Part shown: positions 39,501-50,241 of the stretch, piece after piece | How positions within the stretch are numbered: position 1 is the first letter of the stretch | How the letters are laid out: the number at the start of each line of letters is the position of its first letter | Assembly (NCBI GenBank): GCA_051362555.1 | Contig: CM120643.1 | Coordinates: 1,674,001-1,738,000, forward strand | DNA: 64,000 bases | Direction: 5' to 3' | From: Lingula anatina | Taxonomy: Eukaryota > Animalia > Brachiopoda | Program-made: the position numbers and the translations under genes | Notes under the pieces: generated by a model | The model's database searches: none | What the model was told of the DNA's origin: nothing | The model's input: only the letters and a program-made list of their open reading frames with translations

Positions 39501-41286
39501 GGATTCAACCACATCTCTAGGTTACGGATTGAGTCCTGGACCTCGAGAAATGGAGTTTAACGTAATGGAGTTTAAATCATTTAAAATAAAATTTGCCCGC
39601 AACATGTCGGATTTGTTTCGTTACAAGAAATACAGATTTACAAATTTTACGTAAAACACACTTTCGAGAATAAAAATGTTTACCTAATATGTCATTATAT
39701 ATACTGAATTCACATTAAATATGCTGCATTTCAGTGTCAAAGATATGTCAAGGTAAAAATGCATTTTTCCCCTAAAAACCCAGATCTCAGATAAGCTATC
39801 TAAATAGAGAAGTGTGTAATCAGGTGTGTCCCTACCAATTAACTGGCAACCGTGTCTGTTGCACTGCTGCATTGTGTAATATTAAGTGAATAAATTTTGT
39901 AGTGCTCCTTTGGGTAGGTCAAAGCTTGGCTGTGGGGAAGCATGGTTCTGTCAAAAAAGTGTCCATATGTCGGCAACTACTGCATAGAAGAATTTGAAAT
40001 TTTGCATGCAAGCGGTTGGTTTTGCAGTGGGTAAATGAGTGAAGAAGTATTTTCCCAAGTTGTCCATCCGTGTGCCAGAATGGCGCGAAGAAGACAGACA
40101 TTGCCAGACAGATTATCGTGTCACGCGGAGCGGTCCGCACAGTTTTATAGAGTTATGCCCAGACTGATGTACCTACACAGATGCCACACCCAAAGTATCG
40201 AAATCTTACCACCAGGGTGAAGGACTCACTGTCCTTCCGAATACTCTGCTGTAACTGAGCAAAAACCACCCAGTCTGGTAAGGATGAGGGGCATATTGTC
40301 ACCAAAACGCGTTTTTATGGCCCTTAGCGACCCCAAACTGGTTTTACCAGGTTGGAATACCAGAAGACCTCTGAGATAGCCACTGTAAACAGCAAAACAA
40401 AGTCCTCTGTTTCCCTAATGAATTGGGGACCATGACCGTTTCTGGGGAGAACACTGAAACCGCGTGGATTTCTTTATTGAGGTCAGATTCCACCTGTACC
40501 GCTCAACTATTCAAAACAGAGTTTACAGACATCCTGAAGAAGCCTACGACGAAGCGTGTGTCGCGTCTAAAGTGACTAGGGTCATTGACAGCTTCAGCAT
40601 TTTGAGTGGACACCACAATGGCGCCAAAACACCAATGGTAGTCAGCGATGAACCTGTACCAGATCAAATGAAAAAATTATCTGGGAAGCACTTGACTATC
40701 ATTTGACAGGGGGCACCTTAGGAACAATTTAAGGTTGCACGATAAGATTGCCGGTTCACATAGAGCAGTTTTAACAGCAGATAACTTACAGAACCAAGGG
40801 AATGAGCAGCTACCTTGGTCATCAAAATCGTCATATTTACATGTGAGTAGGTCATTACTCGCTGAATCAACGGCCTACATGTCTTACAACAAAACTGAAC
40901 CAAACTGGACAAGTTTTGTCCGTTGCCTGGAATTTTATTTTAGACTAAACTCTAAAAACTTATCCCAAGGAATGCCTTGCCGCTTGAGAGCTCTGGTAGC
41001 AGCCAGATGAAGAAAGGCCTAACAGGAGATTTAAAATATCGCTTTTAATGGTTGTCGTATGACTTAGAATAGACAATGTATTTTTGTTTACTATTTTTTT
41101 CAATTAAGAAACTTAAGTCACAATGACATCAAAGAGATGATAAAAAAATCATCTTAACACTATTTTAATTCCTAATTTTTATTTAACGGTCAGCAAAATT
41201 TGATGAAAAATTATTTGGAAAAAATATTCCATATTAAATTTCAAGTATATATATTTTTTGAAAGTAAAAGTGTTTTTCCTGTACGA

Positions 41287-41340
<54 letters not shown>

Positions 41341-41809
41341 CAAAAAGAAATAAAAAACTGTAGTTATTTTACCCCGACCGGTTTCATCGCATCTTCAGGG
41401 TGTTTGTTTATTTTGGTTGCTAAGTGATGTCATAAAGACTCAATGTGGGGTCTCTGACAATGGATATTTGATTGTTGTTTTCTAAAGCATTGGTAAAAGC
41501 AGATAGATAAACAAACGTGATAAAAGCTGATTAACATTCTTGCCGACACCTAGGTTAAAGTCATTAACCATAAATCTTCGTTTTCATATTCGGTCACGTT
41601 TGCAATCTTAGTAAAAAATGTAACTTACGTATTGGACCGGTGGGCAGTGTCTCCTGATCCTCGGCTGGAAGGTTATCCATCTCAGCCGTAGCATCGTCTC
41701 TTTGAGCCTCTTCCTGCGGAGTAAAGGGGATGGGACCCGCGCCAGTAACGGGTGTCACTGTTGTCAAAGCGATGATCAGAAGCACGGCTACGCTTCTTTG
41801 TCCTGTCAT
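36519..41809 (-). CDS. Secreted single-VWD-domain protein, paralog C (~264 aa, complete)
   Basis: Exons 41809-41629, 38623-38352 and 36860-36519 (stop TAA), GT-AG with phases 1 and 0. Signal peptide; CECHAHGDVRYVTCDG; GICGDWDRDPANDV. Confidence 0.88.
36925..38145. mobile_element. Possible non-autonomous Helentron/DINE-like insertion(s) in paralog C intron 2
   Basis: ACTAGAA start, internal CCTGAAAATTTCAT subrepeats, ACAAAC microsatellite, short terminal palindrome CTCCTC..GGAGG before an AT-rich end. Structure only. Confidence 0.4.
39072..39240. mobile_element. MITE, TIR CAGGGGCGGAT, 5-bp TSD GCCAG
   Basis: GCCAG at 39067-39071 and 39241-39245. Reverse complement of 18019-18187. Confidence 0.88.
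39700..41290 (+). mobile_element. Decayed Tc1/mariner element in paralog C intron 1 (ends approximate)
   Basis: Broken transposase peptides MPRL..., FFIEVRFHL...RVYRHPEEAYDEACV (cf. FSDESRF...RVWRR.GE), QLPWSSKS (cf. WPSKSPDL) and MPCRLRALVAAR. Absent from paralog B, whose intron matches up to the TA run near 39700. Confidence 0.65.
41288..41336. repeat. (TA)n microsatellite
   Basis: Direct reading. Confidence 0.9.
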
Positions 41810-41894
41810 CTTCAAGAGAGTCTCCTTTCTTGTCCAATGTGTAGCAGACTAGAAGGAGAAGGGGAAACTGCGACGCTCTTTCCTCCGTTCTTCC

Positions 41895-41964
41895 TATTTA
41901 TACAATTTTCAAAGGTGGGCACGCAGCAATTTTCCACGTTAGCAAACTGAGAGTGCGCATGCGC
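41895..41964 (-). promoter_or_regulatory. Putative core promoter of paralog C: TATAAATA box and NRF1-like TGCGCATGCGC
   Basis: TATAAATA on the minus strand at 41902-41895, ~86 nt upstream of the ATG; TGCGCATGCGC at 41954-41964. Variant copies at equivalent positions in A (~3212-3282) and B (~25908-25982). Confidence 0.55.
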
Positions 41965-44475
41965 GTTCTATCAAGTTGCGTGGGTTGATGCAGAGGAGTT
42001 GTGGATTTTACAAATAAAAATAAAGAATAAAGAAACAAATAAGAGAGAGAGAGAAGAACCTTAAGCTCCATTTAATATCTCTCTTACTCAATTTTTACTG
42101 TTAATTTCAAAGCGTGCTTTGGTGGTCTTTGTCATTTCGCTGCATGCGAGATCTTTTGCGAAGACTGTTAAGTAATCAAGATCATATGTTTCATATTAAT
42201 ACATTTTAAGTCGTGACTTGGTCATCCACTACAAAACTACCCTAGACGTTATAGAAACCTTCGATCATTTGAGCAATGATGTACACTGTGACGCCAATTT
42301 AGAGCAAAATAGAAAGATCTGTGCGAAATACTTATATGTTATAGAGGTGTTCGAATTTGCCAGTCTACCCCAATTTATGATAACGTGATTTCTCTGAGCT
42401 AGCCCATCCCCGCGTCTTTTCTTTCCCAATCAACCAGTTTTAATGGCTCACAATTTTATGAGTGTATTGTTGAATATTTTTGTTGAAGACCACCGCGACA
42501 CCCTTCTCGTTAATTGAGTCACAGGTAATTAAAAGATGTGGATTTCTGGGACGAATTAGTCTGTCAAATGAAAAATTTACTAACAAAATAAAATTCATGT
42601 GGTGATGGGGGCCGGGGGCGGTGGTGTGTTTGTATGTATGTAAAACTATAATCCAGTAATTATCCAACATTTTAATTAGCGAAATAATTTAACGTCTTGG
42701 TATTGAAAGTGAGAAAAGGTTGTTTATGTCTTGCGTAAATCAAAATAATACAAAACAAACCTCCCCAAAAATCACTAAATTTCCAGGCCACTTCTGGTAG
42801 AATGTCCGACAACGATTACTGCAAATTCGTCTAAACATCCAGGGGTATTTGATATATAAGATTCCATTAACTGGCCATTTAGTTTTCAAAGCGTTTTTCT
42901 CCTTCGATATGCATTTACAATACCTTATTTACTTATGGGGGTACAATGAGTTATAATCTACAAACTGAATGTCTTAGCAGGCATCAGACAAAAAGGGAGG
43001 ACAATACAGTGTTCATATTTTGTCTCCGTCCACTCTCATAACGTTATCAGCAAACCCTGAGTAATGATGACACGTTGCTACCCCCCCCCCCTCCAAGGAG
43101 ACTTAAGAAAATCTTTGATTCATCCACTAAAACCTAGAAGCCTTTCTTAATTAAACCACAAGGAACCTTAATGTCTGAAATATTTAGTATTTTTGAAGAC
43201 ATTCTAGCTTAATTAATGTGGGTTTCAGCTGTCTTAAGCAGAAATTTTTGCGTGGTTAGATTACGTAAGACTTATTTTTTCCATCTTATTACTTTCAGGT
43301 TTATTCCACACTATGTGTGCATGTCATCTTATCATTCAGAGGTTCAGATCGAGTGTTACAGTTATATGATAACCCGTCTTCCTCTTTACGATATAAATCT
43401 TATAAAATGTCATAGTTAAAAAGGATTAAAAGAGAAGTTAGAATACCAGACATGTAAACAGCAAAACATCGCTGTCTGTTTCTGTAATGAACTGAAACCG
43501 CGTGACTTTCTTTCTTGAGGTCAAATTTCGTTTAAGTGATCAAAGTAGAGTTTCCAGAAGAGGCCAGATATCAGACAAGACCTATATCCCAAAACCTATC
43601 TCAGTTGAGGACTGGGAGCCCTGGCAGCAGCCAGATGATGTCAGACGCACCAGCGACCGTTGCTGTGAGACTGACACGAAAGACTGACACGAGTGTCCTT
43701 TGTGGGGCATGCAATTCTTTTACAGGTGATTCAAACTGTTTCACGGTGTTGTCTTAGCTATACAAAGACGCGCGTTACACTGGCGTAAGTAGCTTTCCCC
43801 ATCCCCAGTCACTCCGTTATGATTCATGGGTACCAAAATCTGTTTTCAACTGCCATATGTTGTCATTTCTCTTTTTATCAGTGTATTCCGTTTCGTCTGA
43901 AGATTTTAATTAGTGTCTAGGAGCTCAAGTAATATATGGTGGAAAAAGCAAAGACGTCGCATATTTGATGAAGAGTTTGAGCCAGCTGAAAGCATTTCTT
44001 TGCCGCAAACCTTGAACATAAATCCTTCATAAATATTAAATCACTTTTCCTACTTTCTATCAAATTCAAGATTAAATGTATCTTACGTGTCAAATGGAAC
44101 GCTGTATTCATGGAAAATCAACGTTTTATCTTCATTTAAATCACGTTTCTGACATCATTCAAGTGATTTAAAAGCAACATTATATTATCTACTGTTAATA
44201 ACATGGACATTTAGACAATTAGGTTACCACTGAAGTCCCACACTGAAAATGCCAGTATATGAAAGATAAAAATTTCACAAAAATGTACAACAAAAAAAAA
44301 ACCAATTAGACTGCTTTTCCAACTCTTTTACAGTTGGAAATTCAGAGAATGTGACTTGCAAATGTTTTCAAGCCCATTGAAGTTCAGAGTCACACCTTGA
44401 AAATGCCAATATGTAAAAAAAAAGATAACTGTACTGAAATGAGTTAATTTCCATTTTCAACACAATTTTCACATA

Positions 44476-45781
44476 CACTGATGCTCATAAGTTAAGCAAC
44501 ACTTTCTTATTTCTCGAATTTCTCAGCAACCAAAAATTTTATTGAGGCAAAATTTATACAATAGCTAGACATTTCTCTTGTTTTTACTTTGTCTTACTGG
44601 ACCTCGACATTAGAGTACTATTTACTGTTGGACACGATAGAATATGCAATGGGGGTCCCACTTGCGAAAAACACAGTTTGGTCATGCCATGAGGAACTTC
44701 CAGTTTGGCTAGTTTCATGGGCACAATTTGTTATTTTGGACCAACCAATGGTTAAAAGAGGACTCAACGAGGTAATCAGATGGCAAATAATGGGAAGCCA
44801 TCGTGCTGGGGTGCCAAAGAGACAGATTGCAAGGCAACAAAAAAGTAGCACCAAGTCAAGTGTCCAAGCTGGTAGCAAAATGGCGCCAAACTCATCATGT
44901 ATTGGACAAGCCTCTTTCTGGTAGAATAATATTAACCGACGCAAGAGATATCTGGTTCGATTATGCCACCAGGACCAGTTCATATCAGCCAAACAATGAA
45001 AAATTGCCACCGTGCGTCATTCAAGGGAGGTGCCCTGGTCAACAATACAGAGACGAAATACCATTGGGGTGCATACAATCACACATTCAAGCAAATACAG
45101 AAAGAAAAATCATTTTGGAGCAGGACAATGCGCCCATCCAGAAAGCATGGTCCGTGCAAGACGCGCTGCAACAGCGCGGTATCCCACATTTGGATTGGCC
45201 TGCATAACAATTCTCAATGTAATAGAACATGCTTAGGATATGATTGACAGGGCAGTAAACGAGAGACAACCTCCAGTTAGAAACATTAGAGAGGTCCAGC
45301 AGGCAGTAAATGAAGAATGGAACGGCTCTCAAAGCAAGATTGGCAGAATTTGATGGCAAGTTGCAGGAGACAATGTGAAGCTGTTGTTCAAAACCAGGGA
45401 AGGCACACCCGATATTTATTGCATAATAGACGATTAATCATCTATTATCTACAGTCTTCTTTTATTAAAACTAATTCTTAGATGATCGAACTTTATTTTT
45501 TCATAATAAGCTGTTTTAATCAGCACGTACTTTTTGTTGTGTGAGCATACTTTTTTGACACATGGTTTGGCATATTTTAGTACCGTTTGGTTAATAAAGT
45601 TATTTTGATTATTACAATAAGCTATGTTGTGTATATATTTAACAGAAATATTCAACTTGAATAAGTTATTTATAAAATATGAAAGAAATATGCATAACCC
45701 CATCAACAAATGAAATTATAATCATGATAGAAGAAAATTTTTGAAAAAATCGGGGTGTTGCTTAACTTATGAGCATCAGTG
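44476..45781 (+). mobile_element. Tc1/mariner DNA transposon (1306 bp), defective transposase
   Basis: 27-bp TIRs CACTGATGCTCATAAGTTAAGCAACAC / GTGTTGCTTAACTTATGAGCATCAGTG; TA TSDs. HTH-like MVKRGLNEVIRWQIMGSHRAGVPKRQIARQ and DDE region LEQDNAP...LDWPA*..LNVIEH with frameshifts and stops. Confidence 0.92.
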
Positions 45782-46454
45782 TAAAACAAAATCATCAATT
45801 TACTGTTTCTTTTATGATCAACTGAGAAAATGTTTGACATAGGAAAATTTCAATAGAACAATTTTAAATGTCCAATTTGCTCCATTCTGAGATTCTGCAC
45901 ATAGTAAAAGATTGACAAACCACAATGATATGGGTTTATTTACATTTTTGACACTTTATTACACAATACACGATTACAGATGTTCTATCATTTTTATATA
46001 ATCAACTAACAATATTGTAAAGATGCAGAAAATGTCAAAAGAACACGTATCTAATTACTTCAATTATAAGACTGTTAACATGCCTAATAATTCAATGTGA
46101 GGAAAAAACCACTTATATACAAAAAAGGCATAACTTAACCGTGCAAGCTTATTTTCGAACTTGATCTGTATATAATTAAGATTGATCACTCCTGTAGGTT
46201 TCAAGACAATAGGCCTAACGGGCTTCGTTGAAATGTGTTATCAGTGGTGCATATATGCTGAAAAAAGGCGGAAAAACAGCATGACTTTTGAAAAAATGGC
46301 CCAATCATGCTGACTTTCGAATTTGACCTGCGTTTAATGAATTTCCAGTAAGGTTCTGTAAGTTTCAAGCCAGAAGGTGAAACGGTTTACCACTTATCGT
46401 GTTATCGGTGAACGTGCACGGCGACGACAGACGCCGGTGACGGCTATGGTCATA

Positions 46455-46680
46455 TAAAATGGTATCTCGGTCTGTTTTGTACATTGGGCAATTGAGTATA
46501 AAATGGTATTCATCTTCAATTATCCCCTTGGGTACACAGGCCACAGATTCTGAATTCAGAGAAACTGAATATTTACGATCATTACCGACTGGTTCATAGA
46601 CAAAATATATCATTCCTAGGTAACTGAAGTGGTATTTTACAATGTTGCCTATTTTCATATTTATGTAGTTTTTTAAACTA
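46455..46680 (-). mobile_element. LINE ORF2 C-terminal fragment
   Basis: IEDEYHFILNCPMY...R, the CCHC-type motif typical of L2/CR1-group ORF2 ends. Confidence 0.55.
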
Positions 46681-48410
46681 TATCTATTTTTTATTTATGT
46701 TTCACCACAATCATACTGACCTCTTATTTCCCTTTATTTTAACTAACCAACCAACCAACCAATATCTATTAATATACCTATCTCCCTATCTATGTATCTA
46801 TCTATTGTGCTTCCCATGGGTGTATCGCGTTGGCATCAATGGTTCTAGTTTTAAAATTTAAATTATATTCAATCTTGTTTTCAACCATCTTCCCTTAGTC
46901 TTACCTCCAGTGAGCGTTTTATTCTCAATCTACATTTCAGTCTCCTGATCGACACCAGCATCTTCATCTATCCACAGCACATTGTCATCAGTAATCCTCG
47001 GTCTCATCGATGAGTCAGTACATATTTATCAAACACAAATTGTCATAACTTGTTTTACCTGAATCACTATGAATGATAGGTACATATGGACGTCATTATT
47101 CCTGTAACTTATTAAATGGTCAGGACATTTGTCAGCAACTTATGTTAGTTCCACAATGTCTATTAGCATCAGTATTATCTTCGACAGTCATAACTTTAGA
47201 TGTTGGATCTTTCTAAGCTCAGTCTGACATTTCTATCATCTAAGATTGGGCATCAAAATTAAAAAAATAATGTTAAAATGAGGTCAAAATAGTTGTTTCA
47301 GCTTAGTCTGTCTACATCTGTTTCTCCCCCACTTGGTTCTCACAAAAGTTTCTTCGTTTTCAGCACTTTATCACAGTATTTGTCTATCATTATACAGAAG
47401 AACAAATCGTGTGTGCAGATCACGCAAACTTGCTCTGCCTAATGCTTCCCTCGTGGTCATTTAGCACATTTCACTTGATAAATATTTCCTCCGTTACCGC
47501 AAAGAATCCTTCGTTGTAGATGCAGAATAGATGAAATGGAACAGATCAGAGTCGTATTAAGCCATATGAGCAACCTGTTACTGGGTTAACCTATTTGTGG
47601 TCAGTGAGTAATGTATCTGCAGCTATATGCTGGTGTTATATTGTAAAGCGCTGCTTTTATGTTGTATGCTGTATAATATCTGTGAAGCAGGTGACAGTTT
47701 GTCAGCAATTGACTGTCTTCTCGTGGTAAATTATTCAAATGTTCCACTTGACGTTCAGACAATTTTGGAGATGCAATAAATCAAAATATTTTCTTAAAAG
47801 GATTCATCAATTAAACAAGTATTCAGTCTCAGCAACGGATAATTCCTGAATCTGCCATTTGGTTTAAGGAATTAGGGTATCAATTCAAAATGTCATTGTG
47901 CAAGATATGGTTCCTGTGTTTTTGTCGTCATCGGGAGTTAGAAAAAAAACATGCTTAGATGATGAGGTTTATGCAATTGGTCAATACCCATTGACTGTAT
48001 TAATTCACCATTACAACCCACTCCTCATTCTTTGTGTCACGTAGCACTGGAAGTAGGGGTGCTTTCAGTCACTGCCGACTCTCTCTGCCCCCCCCCCCCT
48101 CCATTCTTGTGCATGAATTCATCATTTAAACTCCTTACTAGTACATATAGAATGACGATAGATGGCAGTATTGCAGTCTCCTCTGCCAGCATACTGTCAC
48201 CAGGAAGAATGATGTCAGATTTACAGAGCAGAATGACCCGATTACAGCCTCACAAACACTGCCACCATCTGCCCATTGACTGTATTATATACAACCCACT
48301 TCTCATTCTCTGTGCCACGTGGCATTGGAAGTAGGGGTGCTCTCAGACACTGCAGCTCCCCCTTGTTTCCCTTCCACACCCCCGTGAATTATACTGGTAA
48401 GGAACAACAA

Positions 48411-48411
<1 letters not shown>

Positions 48412-48448
<37 letters not shown>
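48412..48448. repeat. (CA)n microsatellite
   Basis: Direct reading. Confidence 0.9.
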
Positions 48449-48451
<3 letters not shown>

Positions 48452-49837
48452 GACACTTAGTTTAAGAAAAAATTAATGAACTAACATTACATTATCCACC
48501 AAATGGTTAAAGAAGTGTTTGCCTGTTGAGTTTTGGCACCAACATTTACAGGGGTCCATGTATTCACAGTACAAATGGCAGACACTGCGTGAAATAAGAT
48601 GAAGAAAACCGTTGATGAAACAGGGGCACAAACGTGGTGTTGACTTTCAGTTTACTCTGTTTCGATGAGGAACATTGTATTATGTGCTTCATGAGGGATA
48701 CCTTAAAGGATTTGCGTCTTGCCGTCAGAATGGCCTGAACGGAACATATTCTTCAGAAAACATGCCCAACTAACGATATCTTTATCCAAATACACAAATT
48801 AAAAGCTCATTTTGTAAATTTTTGGCTTTAAAGAAAGGAAGAATTTTTCCTGCACAACTTCATAGGAATTTTAACACGGACTTGATCCAGCTTAGACCTC
48901 CAAATTAACAGGGTGACATGGGCAATGTTCACAAACAAATCATAAAACTATATTTCAGTTAACCGCCTTTAAAATAAATATACCGTTCTGGGTAAGTTAG
49001 AATAGTTATTAAATCGCGAGAATATTTTTGACTTAAATGATGATTTTATTGTTAGTGGAAATTAAGCTACTATATGAGGGAATGTACATTTGCTGTGATT
49101 ACGCTGTCCTTCATGTTTTGCGTAAGTCTACATTTTGCTGTATGTGCTTGTAATTTTTTAAAATATGTGCGTACAATTTTTGCAGGTCTGGTTACCCCCC
49201 TGTTATGTGATGAGAGTATAAATTTGGCAATTAGTTCTTTAGCTTATTTAAATAGAATTGCAGTGTAAAATTTTCAACAAGATGTTGGCGAAATAGCCCA
49301 TTACTATTTGTAGGTATTTCCCCCGTCAAAGTTTGTCTAAAATTATCTTTCAATCTTTACTCTTTCAAAGACAGTTTAAAGTTACCTGACATATTTTCGT
49401 GTTTTTGATAAGTAATTTATTAAAATCCTGACAGCCTTTTTCACTTTAATATAGAAATACTTAGGCCTAAATATTTTGGTAATTTTTGGACCGATGCTTT
49501 AAATTCGTTTATACAGTACCATGCAGATTCATACATAGCTTGACAACGTTAACCATTTCTTGATACTCTAGAAAGTTTGTCTGAATATCGTAGTCTAGTT
49601 GGGTGAAAAAAAGTTAATAGTTGAAGTCTAATAGTTGTGTGTCTTTTGAAGTTCCCTTATTTAACCCGATGATTATGATAAATGGCCCTTCTATCTTTTC
49701 TTAACGATTCATTATACCAGACTGGGGCGTCCATCACAGATTTTTTCTTCACACATAATTTATTTTCATTGACCATGAGTTTTTTTGCCTCGCAGCAGTC
49801 ATTAAAACATATATTCATATATTCATTATCGCTCCCC

Positions 49838-49967
49838 CACCCTGAGCTTCAGAGATAACTTGACGCTAACCTCTTCACAATAGCCTATCTTCATCGTGTA
49901 ACTTGACACGATGAAGATAGGCTATAGTGAAGAGGTTAGTGTCAGGTTATCTCTGAAGCTCAGGGTG
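49838..49967. mobile_element. 130-bp palindromic MITE with 8-bp TSD CGCTCCCC
   Basis: ~61-bp arms CACCCTGAGCTTCAGAGATAAC... / ...GTTATCTCTGAAGCTCAGGGTG around a short loop. CGCTCCCC at 49830-49837 and 49968-49975. Confidence 0.9.
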
Positions 49968-50241
49968 CGCTCCCCTCACATATGTCAACATTTACGTCTT
50001 TATCTTATGTAATGACCTAGTTACGTAACCCTGTATGATACATGCATGCACCTGTTCGGTGATATCTTACAAAGTTTTTCTACAAGTCATATATGACACT
50101 CCTGTGGCGTATCTATACTCGTGTAATCAAGCCAGAAACACGCCATTGAACCGTAACACAGCTATGAAATGACTGCTGACACGTGTTTCTTTTAGCCTGG
50201 AGGTTTCAGCCAGCGTGTGAATGCACCTGACTGTTGTTAAA

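Noticed and set aside
43441-43730. Separate gene in ORFs 43502-43757
   Set aside because: The start resembles the Tc1 relic at 40340-40490; best read as transposon debris.
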